Assembly (NCBI GenBank): GCA_963834415.1
Contig: CAWIBP010000003.1
Location: 89,289-153,288 of the forward strand
Direction: 5' to 3'
Origin: an uncultured Actinomycetes bacterium
GTDB lineage: Bacteria; Actinomycetota; Thermoleophilia; Gaiellales; JALYLC01
Length of the DNA stretch: 64,000 nt
The notes below the pieces were generated by a model. The model made no database searches and was not told the origin of the DNA. It was given only the letters and a program-made list of their open reading frames with translations. Shown one piece after another: positions 37,950-47,602 of the stretch; within the stretch, counting starts at the first letter, position 1; each line of letters starts with the position of its first letter. Made by a program: the position numbers and the translations under genes.

Positions 37950-39022
37950 ATGGAACCCGTGATGCCTGAACGACAGACACGGGAACGCACGGACGCCCTG
38001 CTGCTCGCCGGCGGCGATCCGGATGCGTTCGTCGAGGTGTGCCGCCGTCACGGCCCGCGTTGCGCTCGTTCCTCCGCCACCGCACGCGCGACGGCGAGGT
38101 CGCCGCCGATCTGCTGGCCGAGACATTCGCCGCCGCATGGACGCGGCGTGACGCGCCGGCGCCTCGTGCTGGCCGCGCCGCTCGCGGTCGCCGTCGCGGC
38201 CGCGCTGTTCGTCGGCCTCGGGGTCGGCGACGAGCCGCCTGCGGCCGCCGCGCGGCAGCTGAAGGCGGCCGCGGCGCTCGTCGCGACGATCCCGCGCCCG
38301 TGATCGGGCCGGGGCAGTACTGGTACGCGAAGGGCATCGGCACCTTCGCCAACGAGGTGAGCACGGAGGGCGGCGACCAGGTTCTCGGCGCTGCAGACCG
38401 CGAGCCACGAGATCTGGATCGCGGCCGACCGCTCCGGGCGGATCCTCCGCACGGACGGCCCGCCGCGCTTCTTCGGCGACGCCGAGCGCGCGCGCTGGGC
38501 GGCGGCCGGATCGCCCGGCTTCGGCGACGAGCGCCGATCGACGAGCTCGCGCCCGCGGGCGATCTCTCGTGGGGCTGGTCGGCGCTCGGCGTCGACGCGG
38601 CCTCCGAGAACCCCTCCGACCCGGCAGCGCTCGCGCGGCTGCTGGCGCAGCGCTCCGGCGAGGCCAAGCGCTCGGCCGCCTGGGAGGCGTTCGAGCTGAT
38701 CGGCGACGTCCTGCGCTTCGCACCGCTCTCGGGCGCGCAGACCGCCGCGTTCTACGAGGTGATGGCCGGCATCCCAGGCATCGAGGTCACCGGAGACGTC
38801 AAGGACGGGATCGGGCGCCCCGGCACCGCCTTCGCGCTCGACCGCGACGGCAGGACGCGCAACGAGATCATCCTCGAACGCGCGACCGGCCGCATGCTCG
38901 GCAGCCGCACGACGCTGCTCAAGGCCGACCCCCTGATGCGGGACGTGCCGGTGGGCGCCGTGCTCGGCGCCGAGACGGTCGTGGCGACGTGCGTCGTCGG
39001 CTCGACCGACGCCCGCCCGTAG
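37950..39022 (+). pseudogene. chimera: ECF sigma-factor region 2 joined to a TM helix and an extracytoplasmic anti-sigma-like domain (about five frame breaks)
   Basis: MEPVMPERQTRERTDALLLAGGDPDAFVEVCRRHGP / ALRSFLRHRTRDGEVAADLLAETFAAAWTRRD corresponds to sigma70 regions 2.1-2.2 only. It runs directly into RRRLVLAAPLAVAVAAALFVGLGVG (a TM helix). The rest reads VIGPGQYWYAKGIGTFANEV...SHEIWIAADRSGRILRTDG...AFYEVMAGIPGIEVTGDVKDGIGRPGTAFALDRDGRTRNEIILERATGRMLG. No sigma regions 2.4 or 4 are present. Confidence 0.45.
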
Positions 39023-39028
39023 CTCTGC

Positions 39029-39060
39029 CCGGGCGCTCCGCGTGCACGCGGAGCGCCCGG
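39029..39060. terminator. perfect 32-nt GC-rich palindrome between convergent genes (candidate bidirectional terminator)
   Basis: CCGGGCGCTCCGCGTG / CACGCGGAGCGCCCGG form 16 + 16 nt arms. The palindrome begins 7 nt after the stop at 39022 and lies about 80 nt from the response-regulator stop at 39141. There is no U-tract. Confidence 0.45.
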
Positions 39061-39140
39061 CGCCTGCCGATGACTGCTCGCGCGCGGACGCGTCATGCGC
39101 CATGACCCGCTCACCCGTGAACGCCTGAGCCGGCCGCCGG

Positions 39141-39797
39141 TCACTGCCCAGGGGCCACGAGCCCGCTCTCGTATGCGAAGACGACGGCCTGCACGCGGTC
39201 GCGCAGGCCGAGCTTGGCGAGCACGTGCGAGACGTGGGTCTTGATGGTGCCCTCGCCCAGGAAGAGGTGCGCCGCGAGCTCCGAGTTGCTCTTGCCGGTG
39301 GCGAGCAGGCGAAGCACCTCGAGCTCGCGCTCCGTCAGCTCGCCGAGGCGGTCGTCGTCGCGCACCGGCGCCGAGCGCTGCGCGTAGTCCTCGATCACCC
39401 GCCGCGTCACGGAGGGTGCGAGCAGCGCCTCGCCGGCGGCCACGATGCGCACGGCGCGCACGAGGTCCTCCGGCGTCGCGTTCTTGAGCATGAAGCCGCT
39501 GGCGCCCGCCCGCAGGGCCTCGAACACGTAGTCGTCGCGCTCGAACGTCGTGAGGATCATCACACGGGCGTGGATGGCCGCGTTGGCCGCGATGCGACGG
39601 GTGGCCTCGAGGCCGTCGACCCTCGGCATCTGCACGTCCATCAGGACGAGGTCGGGCTGCAGCCGCAGGGCTGCCGAGACGGCCTCCTCCCCGTCGCTCG
39701 CCTCGCCGACCACGGCGACGTCCTCCTCGGCCTCGAGGATCAGGCGGAAGCCGCCGCGCACGAGCGGCTGGTCGTCCGCGAGCACGATCTTGATCAT
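39141..39797 (-). CDS. NarL/FixJ (LuxR-type) response regulator
   Basis: Intact 218 aa from ATG 39797. Receiver MIKIVLADDQPLVRGG...DLVLMDVQMPRVDG...ILTTF. HTH LTERELEVLRLLATGKSNSELAAHLFLGEGTIKTHVSHVLAKLGLRDRVQAV. Confidence 0.9.
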   Translation of the reverse strand: MIKIVLADDQPLVRGGFRLILEAEEDVAVVGEASDGEEAVSAALRLQPDLVLMDVQMPRVDGLEATRRIAANAAIHARVMILTTFERDDYVFEALRAGASGFMLKNATPEDLVRAVRIVAAGEALLAPSVTRRVIEDYAQRSAPVRDDDRLGELTERELEVLRLLATGKSNSELAAHLFLGEGTIKTHVSHVLAKLGLRDRVQAVVFAYESGLVAPGQ

Positions 39798-41059
39798 CCC
39801 GGGGTGCCCCCGTTCAGCGGGAACGTGGCGTGGACGGCGAAGCCGCCGCCGGGCGCGGCCCGCGCGCAGGTGTCCCCCGTGCAGGCCGACACGCTCGCGC
39901 ATGCCCATCAGGCCGTGCCCGCCGACGACGGCCGGGGACGGCACCGCCGCCTTCCCGTCGTCGAGCACCTCGATCTCGAGCACGTCGCGGCCCAAAGCCG
40001 ATGCGCACCGTCGCGCTCGTGCCGCCGGAGTGCCTGAGCGCATTCGTGAGCGCCTCCTGGATGACCCGGTAGGCCGACACCTCGAGCGTACGGGACAGCG
40101 GGCGCGGCTCGCCCTCGATCGCGAGCCGCACCGTCAGCCCGCCGCGCTCGGCCTGGGCCGACGAGCTCTGGGAGCTGGGCGAGGTCCGGCTGCGGCGCCA
40201 GCTCGTCGGGCTGATCGGCCCGGCGGAGCACGCCGAGCAGCCGGTGCAGCTCGAGCACGGCCTGCCGGCTGGAGGCCTCGATCGAGCTGAGCGCCTCCTC
40301 GGCCTTGTCGCGGCTGCCGCGCCATCACGCGGCGCGCCGCGCCGGCCTGCACGCCCATCACGCTGACGTGGTGGGCGACCACGTCGTGGAGCTCGCGCGC
40401 GATGCGCACGCGCTCCTCCAGGACGGCGCGCCGCGCGTTCTCCTCGCGCTCGCCCTGCAGCTCCCGCGTCCGCGCCTCGAGCTCGTGCTCGCGCTCACGG
40501 CGGGAGCGCACCGCGAGGCCGAGCAGGAACGGGAGGGCGATCGACGCGACGTTGTAGGCGAGCAGGAAGGTCTCGTAGAGCGGGCAGCCGGCCGTAGGCG
40601 CCGCCCGCGTAGAAGAAGATCTCGCGCACGACCTCGCCGAGCATCACGGCCCCGAGCGCGCCGGCGACGAGCGCCGTGCGCCGCGCCGGCCGGCCGTGCA
40701 CGGACCGCGCTGTAGAGCGCGATCCAGCACGCCCAGACGGTCATCGTGCCCTCCCACCCGGCCATCACCGGGACGTCGGGGTGGCTCACCAGGCGGCCGA
40801 TCACGAAGGCCCCGATCACGAGGCACGCCGCCGTGAGCGGGATGCGGCGCCGCAACGCCAGCGGGAGCATGACCGCGAGCACCGTGAGCAGGATCCAGGG
40901 CTTCGCGGGGTCAGCGAACGCGGGGTCCTGCCGCAGCAGCTCGAACGTCGAGTAGACGGAAACCAGCGCGGTCGCGGCGAGCACGGCGGTCAGCGCCGCG
41001 TCCGCCGCCGTGGGGTTGCGGCGGAGGATCGCCGCGAGGCGCCGGGCGTGCAGTCGCAT
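39794..41059 (-). CDS. HisKA_3-type sensor histidine kinase (at least six frame breaks)
   Basis: N-terminal TM region (ORF 40358..41059). H-box ERVRIARELHDVVAHHVSVMGVQAG. ATPase fragments LEVSAYRVIQEALTNALRHSGG and VLDDGKA...GGHGLMGMRERV. ATGA overlap with the regulator start. Confidence 0.75.
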
Positions 41060-41102
41060 GGCTCGACCGTATCGGAGAACTCCGCGCCGTCACCTCTCCC
41101 GC

Positions 41103-41217
41103 GCGGCAGAGCCGCCTCTCGTCGCGAGGAGGAGATCGGCCGCCTGCGACGCGACCGGCGGCAGAGCCGCAAATGACCGTGCGGACGACGGCGATCGCGC
41201 ACTGCCCGCGCAGAGCT
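41103..41217. repeat. phased direct repeats GCGGCAGAGCCGC (x2 exact, plus one degenerate copy) in the kinase / ABC divergent intergenic region
   Basis: Exact 13-mers at 41103-41115 and 41158-41170, 55 bp apart. A related GCGCAGAGC lies at about 41208-41216. Confidence 0.4.
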
Positions 41218-41243
41218 GACGGGGACGAGACGAAAGGTTCTCC

Positions 41244-42142
41244 ATGCCGACGATCGAGATCGAGAGACTGTCCAAGCGCTTCGGCGACATCGCCGCCGTG
41301 AGCGATCTGAGCTTCACCGCCCGCGAGGGCGCCGTGACCGGGTTCCTCGGCCCAACGGCGCCGGCAAGTCCACCACCCTGCGCATGCTGCTCGGCCTGGT
41401 GCGGCCGAGCTCGGGCAGCGCCCTGATCGGGGGCGTGCCGTACGCCGAGCTGCGCCACCCGTTCCGCCACGTCGGGGCGGTGCTCGAGGCCGACGCGTTC
41501 CACCCCGGCCGGCGGGCGCGCGATCACCTCGCGGTGCTCGCGCTGGCGGCCGGGCTGCCGCTCGCCCGCGTCGACGCCGTGCTCGCAGAGGTCGACCTCG
41601 CCGAGGCCGGCCACCGGCGCGTCAAGGGCTTCTCGCTCGGGATGCGCCAGCGGCTCGGGCTGGCGAGCGCCCTGCTCGGCGAGCCCGAGGTCCTGATCCT
41701 CGACGAGCCCGCGAACGGCCTCGATCCCGAGGGCGTCCACTGGCTGCGCCGGTACCTGCGCGCGTTCGCGGACGCCGGCGGGACGGTGCTCGTGTCGAGC
41801 CACGTGCTCGCCGAGGTCGCGCAGACCGTCGACGACGTCGTGATCATCGCCCACGGGCGCCTCGTCACGCAGTCGTCGCTGGCCGAGCTGGCGCGGCGCT
41901 CGCAGACCGGCGTGCGCGTGCGCACGCCGCAGGCCGAGACGCTGCGCGCGGCGCTCACGGGCCAGGGCATCGCGGCGGAGCTGGTCGCGGCCGACGTCGT
42001 CATGGCCTTCGAGACCAGCACCGACGCGGTCGGCCTCGCGGCTGCCGGCGTCAACGCCGTGATCTACGAGATGGCCCACGAGCAGTTCGACCTCGAGGAG
42101 CTGTTCCTCGAGCTCACCACCCCCGAAGGAGTCGTCGCATGA
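41244..42142 (+). CDS. ABC transporter ATP-binding protein (frame break in Walker A near 41350)
   Basis: Reads MPTIEIERLSKRFGDIAAVSDLSFTAREGAVTGFLGP / NGAGKSTTLRMLLGL...FSLGMRQRLGLASALL...VLILDEPANGLDP...VLVSSHVL. RBS GAAAGG. Confidence 0.85.
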
Positions 42143-42882
42143 ACACGCTCATCCGCGCAGAGCTCTTGAAGCTCCGCACCCTGCGACTGTTCTGGTGGAC
42201 GGTGGCGGCGACCCTGGCGTTCGTCCCGGTCAGCATCGCGGTCGCCGTTCGCGGCGGCTCCGGCAGCGCCCCGCTCGACAGCACCGAGGGCTTCCGCAAC
42301 GTGCTCGCGGCGGCCTCGTCGGGCGGCGTGCTCATGATCGTCATCGGCATCCTCGCGATGGCCGGCGAGGTGCGCCACAACACGTTGACCTCGACGTTCC
42401 TGATCACGCCGGAGCGCCGGCGCGCCGTCACCGCGAAGCTCGCGGCGTGCGGCCTCGCGGGCGTCGCGATCGGCGTCGTCGCATCGCTGCTCACGCTGGC
42501 CATCGCCCTGCCGTGGCTGTCGCAGCGCGGCGTCGCGCTGGACGAGCACACCACCGACATCCTGGCCGTGCTCCTCGGCGGCATCGCCGCGACGGCGCTC
42601 GGCGGGCTGATGGGAGTCGGGCTCGGCGCGCTGCTGTCGAACCAGACGCTCGCGGTCACGGCGACGCTCGTCTGGGTGTTCGCCGTCGAGAGCATCCTCG
42701 CGGCCTTCGCGCCGGGCGTCGGCCGCTGGTTCCCCGGGGGTGCCGTGTCGGCCATGAGCGGCGTCGCGCCGCCGAACGGCGAGGCGCTCGCGTTCTGGAT
42801 CGCCGGGCTGCTGTTCGCCGGCTACGCGCTCGTGTGCGCGGAGGCAGGGGCGCGCGCAGCCCTGCGCAGGGACGTCACGTGA
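42139..42882 (+). CDS. ABC-2 type transporter permease
   Basis: Intact 247-aa ORF with an ATGA overlap with the ATPase stop and six hydrophobic segments. Confidence 0.8.
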   Translation: MNTLIRAELLKLRTLRLFWWTVAATLAFVPVSIAVAVRGGSGSAPLDSTEGFRNVLAAASSGGVLMIVIGILAMAGEVRHNTLTSTFLITPERRRAVTAKLAACGLAGVAIGVVASLLTLAIALPWLSQRGVALDEHTTDILAVLLGGIAATALGGLMGVGLGALLSNQTLAVTATLVWVFAVESILAAFAPGVGRWFPGGAVSAMSGVAPPNGEALAFWIAGLLFAGYALVCAEAGARAALRRDVT

Positions 42883-43107
42883 CCGGCCATGTGCTCGAGC
42901 TCACGCGTACCGCCGGCGATCGCCGGCGGTACGTCGTCGACGGCCGCAGCTGGGGCCGTCGGCCCGTCAGCGTGACGCTGTCCGCGCCGGGCGCGGTCGA
43001 CCCCGGGCGCCCTGCTGTTCGCGTGCTTCGTGGTGCGCCGTCTCGCACGCGGCGCCGGCGACTCGACGGCGGCGAGCACGAGCGCTGCGGCGACTGTCGG
43101 CTGCTAG
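42879..43107 (+). CDS. possible small protein coupled to the permease (needs one frame change)
   Basis: GTGA overlap with the permease stop. Reads VTGHVLELTRTAGDRRRYVVDGRSWGRRPVSVTLSAPGAVDPG, then in an alternate frame LLFACFVVRRLARGAGDSTAASTSAAATVGC followed by TAG at 43105-43107. Support is weak. Confidence 0.2.
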
Positions 43108-45543
43108 GAGCGAAGCTCGGCCCCGAGCGTCTCGCGCAGGCGCTCGACGACGGCCTCCCGGTGCGGGCGCACCTCCTCGTCGGAGAGGGTGCGGTCCTGG
43201 GCCTGGAACGTCAGCCGCAGTGCCAGCGAGCGACGCTCGGGGCCGAGCGCGCCGGCGTCGCGATAGACGTCGAAGACCTGCACGTCGCCGAGCAGGTCGC
43301 CGCCGGCCGCCCGCGCGGCGGCCACGACGGCGCTCGCGGGATGCTCGTCGGGCACGACGACGGCGATGTCCTGGCGCAGCGGCGGGAACTCCGAGAGCGC
43401 GAGCGCGCGCGGCGCCGCTCCGAGCCGCTCGCACAGGCGATCGAGATCGAGCTCCATGCAGACGACGGGATCGTCGAAGCCGTAGCGCCGGGCCGTCAGC
43501 GGGTGGAGCTCGCCGACGAAGCCGAGCGCCTCCTCGCCGGGCACCTGCACGAGGCCCTTGCGGCCGGGGTGCAGGAACGGATCGCGCTCGGGGCCCATCG
43601 CCTCGACCCGGCAGGTCACGCCGATGGCGCCGAGGATCGACTCGAGCACGCCCTTGCCGAGGAAGAACGAGGCCGGCTCACCGGCGCGGCGCCAGGCCGC
43701 GCCACCCAGGCGCCCGCGCAGCACGGCACTGAACGTCCACGGCTCGCGCGGCAGCTTCTGGCCCTCGACCGGGTGATAGGTGTGGGCGATCTCGAAGAGC
43801 GCGAGGTCGTCGCGGCCCCAGGCGGCGTTGCGCGCCAGGGCCTCGAGCAGGCTCGGCAGGAGCAGCGTGCGCAGGTGCGAGTGATCCTGCGAGAGCGGGT
43901 TGGCGACGCGCAGCATCGCGCGGCGCGGATCGCCGGCCCCGAGCCCGAGCCGATCGGGCATGTCGGCCGGGACGTACGAGAGCGTCTGCGCCTCCGTGAG
44001 GCCGGCGCCGAGGCACGCGTCGGCGACCGTCCTGCGCACGCGCTGGGGCGCCGTCAGCCCGCCGCCGGAGCCGACCGAGAGCAGCGACGGCACGCGATCG
44101 AGGCCGTGGATGCGCGCGATCTCCTCGATCACGTCGATCTCGCGCGTGACGTCGGCGAAGCGCGTCGGCGGCACGCGCACGTCGATCGTGCCCTGGCCCG
44201 CGCGCGGATCGAAGCCGAGCCGGTCGAGGATCTCGACGGCGCGGGCGAGGGAGACATCGAGCGCGGTGATCTGCGCGACGCGGTCCATGCGCACGCGCAG
44301 CGAGGCGCGCGCCGGGAGGTCGGCGGAGACGTCGAGCGGGCGCGGCGTCATGCGGCCGCCGCAGAGCTCGACGATCAGGCGTGCGGCGGCGCGCGAGGCG
44401 ATCGGGGCGATCGACGGGTGGACGCCCTTCTCCCAGCGATTCGAGCCGTCGGTGCGCAGGCCGAGCGCCTGCGAGGTGCGCAGGATCTGCGTGCGCGTGA
44501 AGTTGGCGGCCTCGAGCACGACGGTGGTCGAGCCGTCGCCGATCTCGGAGTCGGCGCCGCCCATGATGCCGCCGATCGCCTGCGGGCCCTCGGCGTCGGC
44601 GATCACGAGCATCTCGGGCGTGAGCGCGCGCTCCTGTCCGTCGAGCGTGCGCACCGTCTCCCCCGCCCGCGCGCGGCGGGCGGTCAGGCTGCGGCCGCGC
44701 ACGCGCTCGTGGTCGTAGACGTGCAGCGGGCTGCCGAGGTCGTGCATCACGTAGTTGGTGATGTCGACGACGTTCGAGATCGGGCGCACGCCCGCCGCCT
44801 GCAGCGCGCGCCTTGAGCCACAGCGGCGAGGGCGCGACCGTCGATGTCCTGGAACACGCGCGCCGTGAAGCGCGGGCACAGGTCCTCGTCCTCGATCGCG
44901 ATCGTGATCCAGTCGGTGGTGAGGCGCTCGCCGAGCGCCGGCGGCTCGCTGTCGTCGAGCGGCGTCAGCTCGATGCCGAAGAGCGCGTGCACCTCGCGCG
45001 CGACGCCGCGCATCGAGAGCAGGTCGGCGCGGTTCGAGGTGACCTCGAGCTCGATCACGTCGTGGAACGAGCGGGCACGCGCGCGGCCAGCGGATCGCCG
45101 GGGCTCCAGCCCTCGCCGAGCACCATGATGCCGTCGTGCTCGGCCGAGAGGTCGAGCTCGCGCTCCGAGAGGATCATCCCGTCGGACGTCTCGCCGCGCA
45201 GCTTCGAGCGCGTGATCTTGCGACCGTCGAGCAGCGTCGTGCCGGGCAGCGCCACGGCGACCGTGTCGCCCGCGCCGAAGTTCCAGGCGCCGCACACGAT
45301 CTGGCGCGGCGCGGCCTCCCCCACGTCGATCTGCGTGAGCTGCAGGCGGTCGGCGTTCGGATGCTTGCCGGCCGCGAGCACGTGGCCCGCGACGATCAGC
45401 TCCTCGACGCCGTCGACCGCCGGCAGGCCGCGGCGCTCGATGCCCTCGACCTTGTCGCCCGCGAGCGAGAGCTGGGCGGCGAGCTCGTCGAGCGGCGGCA
45501 GCTCGCCGAGGTGGTCGGCCAGCCACTGCACCGGAACCTTCAT
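43104..45543 (-). CDS. pheT: phenylalanine--tRNA ligase beta subunit (frame breaks near 45080 and 44815)
   Basis: Reads MKVPVQWLADHLG...GKHPNADRLQLTQIDVG...IVCGAWNF (tRNA-binding domain) / FHDVIELEVTSNRADLLSMRGVAREV / RPISNVVDITNYVMHDLGSPLHVYD...GIMGG... to the C-terminal FDVY...SLALRLTFQA. Confidence 0.88.
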
Positions 45544-46580
45544 CGCACGGCCCCCCTGAACTGCTCGAGGAAGCGCACGTCGTTGTCGTAGAAGCTCTTG
45601 ACGTGCGGGATCCCGTACTTGAGCATCGCGACCCGCTCGATGCCCATGCCGAAGGCCCAGCCGGTCACGACCTCGGGGTCGTAGCCGGGGACGAAGCCGA
45701 ACACGTTCGGGTCGATCATGCCGGCCCCGAGGATCTCGATCCAGCCCTCGCCCGAGCACACGCGGCAGCCCTTGCCGCCGCACAGGAAGCACGACACGTC
45801 GAGCTCGACGCTCGGCTCGGTGAACGGGAAGAAGTGCGAGCGCAGGCGGATCTCGCGGTCGGGCCCGAAGAGCGCGCGCGCGAAATGCTCGAGCGTGCCC
45901 TTGAGGTGCGCGAGCGAGAGGCCGCGGTCGACGGCGATGCCCTCGACCTGCTGGAACATCGGCGAGTGCGTCGCGTCGAGCGCGTCGCGGCGGTAGACGC
46001 GGCCCGGGCAGATCACGTACACCGGCGGCGCCTGCGACTCCATCACGCGCACCTGTACGGGCGAGGTCTGCGTGCGCAGGCACACCTCGGGGCCGATCCA
46101 GAGCGTGTCGGACTCGCCCTTCGCCGGGTGGTCGTCGGGCGTGTTGAGCGCCGTGAAGTTGTAGTACTCGAGCTCGACCTCGGGGCCCTCGGCGATGCCG
46201 AAGCCGAGACCGACGAAGACGTCCTCGATCTCGCGCTGGATCTGCGTCAGGAGGTGCGAGGTGCCGCGCGGCACGGGGTCGCCGGGCAGCGTCACGTCGA
46301 TCGACTCGGTGCGCAGGGCGGCGTCGAGCTCGCGCGTCTCGAACTGCTCGCGCAGCTGCGCGTGCAGGCCGTCGAGCACGCCGCGCACGCGGTTCAGCTC
46401 CTGGCCGCGCGGTCCGCGCAGCTCGGCCGGCAGGGTGCCGAGCTCGCGCAGGGCGAGCGTCAGCGCGCTCGAGCGCCCGAGGGCCTCGACGCGTGCGTCC
46501 TCGAGCTCTGCGGCCGTGCCGGCCCGCTCGAGCAGCTCGCGTCCCTGGCGCTCCAGGCTGGCGGCGTCCTCCATTGGCAT
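45540..46580 (-). CDS. pheS: phenylalanine--tRNA ligase alpha subunit
   Basis: Intact. Reads HLLTQIQREIEDVFVGLGF...NFTALNTPDDHPA...RTQTSPVQVR...GRVYRRDALDATHSPMFQQVEG...FFPFTEPSVELDV...GAGMIDPNV...GWAFGMGIERVAMLKYGI. ATGA overlap with the pheT start. Confidence 0.92.
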   Translation of the reverse strand: MPMEDAASLERQGRELLERAGTAAELEDARVEALGRSSALTLALRELGTLPAELRGPRGQELNRVRGVLDGLHAQLREQFETRELDAALRTESIDVTLPGDPVPRGTSHLLTQIQREIEDVFVGLGFGIAEGPEVELEYYNFTALNTPDDHPAKGESDTLWIGPEVCLRTQTSPVQVRVMESQAPPVYVICPGRVYRRDALDATHSPMFQQVEGIAVDRGLSLAHLKGTLEHFARALFGPDREIRLRSHFFPFTEPSVELDVSCFLCGGKGCRVCSGEGWIEILGAGMIDPNVFGFVPGYDPEVVTGWAFGMGIERVAMLKYGIPHVKSFYDNDVRFLEQFRGAVR

Positions 46581-46745
46581 CCCCGCGTCGGTGCAGGGAC
46601 GAGGGAGACTCCCCCGCGGTACCACCCTGCTTGCGCCGGTACGGCGCCGCTCGCTTCCGCCCAATCGGTGGCGTCCCGCCCGGCTCGGGAGGTGAACTTC
46701 GGCGGGCAGTCCACGCGGGGGCTCTCAGTCACGGCCCCGCTCCCT
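46581..46745 (-). promoter_or_regulatory. T-box leader (Phe specifier UUC) with translational sequestrator, upstream of pheST
   Basis: The minus-strand RNA contains the exact T-box core GGGUGGUACCGCG (complement of 46615-46627). The core lies in an antiterminator-like fold: GCAGGG / 7-nt bulge UGGUACC / GGGGGA-GUC-UCCCUC / CCCUGC (46593-46630). A competing hairpin CGUCCCUGC-ACCGAC-GCGGGGAUG (46578-46601) buries the SD-like GGGGA and the AUG. Upstream loop GAAGUUCACC carries UUC followed by A (UUC = complement of 46694-46696). A GCGCCG-UAC-CGGCGC stem lies just before the T-box. Confidence 0.65.
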
Positions 46746-46752
46746 CAGGTGG

Positions 46753-47541
46753 ATGGCGCCCGCCTACTCGTCTCCGTCGGCGCCGGAGCCGCCATTCTAC
46801 CGCGTGTGCGACGAGCAGCAGCAGCACCGGGCGGAGAGCCGTACGAGCGGCTCGGGCCGCTCTACGACACCTGGTGCGCCGGCGTCGACCACGACATCCC
46901 GTTCTACGTGCTGGCCTGCGAGGACGCGAGCCGGGCCGATCATCGAGCTCGGAGCGGGCAGCGGGCGGATCAGCGTCGAGCTCGCCCGCCACGGCCACCG
47001 CGTGATCGCGCTCGACGCGGCGCCGGCGATGCTCGCGCAGGCCGAGCGCCGTGCCCGCCGCTACGGCGTCGAGCAGCTGCTCGAGACGCTGCGTCGGCAG
47101 ATCTGCGGGAGCCGCCCGAGCTGCCCGGCGAGCGATCGCGTGATCGCGCCGTTCCGGACGTTCATGCACCTCACCGGCGACGACGAGCGCCGCCGTGCGC
47201 TGGGCGGCCGCCGGGGTCTGCTGGCGCCGGGCGGGCAGTTCATCTTCGACGTCTTCGAGCCGAGCGCCGCCGACATCCGCGCCACGCACGACCGCTGGAT
47301 CGCGCGCCGCGAGGGCATCAGCGAGCGACCGCTGTGGGATGCCGAGGAGCGCCGCCTGGAGCTCGAGGTGCGCCTGCCCGCGCCGCATCGTGCCGATGAC
47401 GCTCGAGTGGCGGAGCGCGGACGAGTGGCGTCTGCTCTGCGCGGAGGCGGGGCTGACGGTGGTCGCCGCCCACGCGGGCTTCGACGGCGCGCCGCTGCAG
47501 CATGAGCAGGGCGACCAGATCTACGTCTGCGAGCGCGCTGA
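46753..47541 (+). CDS. class I SAM-dependent methyltransferase (at least four frame breaks; 3' end approximate)
   Basis: Reads MAPAYSSPSAPEPPFYRVCDEQQQHRAE / PYERLGPLYDTWCAGVDHDIPFYVLACEDAS / GPIIELGAGSGRISVELARHGHRVIALDAAPAMLAQAE (motif I) ...DRVIAPFRTFMHL...LLAPGGQFIFDVF... / MTLEWRSADEWRLLCAEAGLTVVAAHAGFDG. Confidence 0.6.
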
Positions 47542-47602
47542 GTCTGCACCGGCGCCCAGGCACGCCCACGTTCGGGGCCTGGCCCCAACGTGCGGGCGCT
47601 CG

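Noticed and set aside
42195-44816. An 873-aa plus-strand ORF.
   Set aside because: After the permease region it runs antisense to pheT. Only a short possible small ORF at 42879-43107 was kept, at low confidence.
33651-45543. Frame breaks in proS and pheT considered as programmed frameshifting or true pseudogenes.
   Set aside because: There are no slippery heptamers or stimulatory structures at the sites. Breaks of both signs occur at arbitrary positions. Both genes are essential and appear single-copy here, so sequence error is far more likely.
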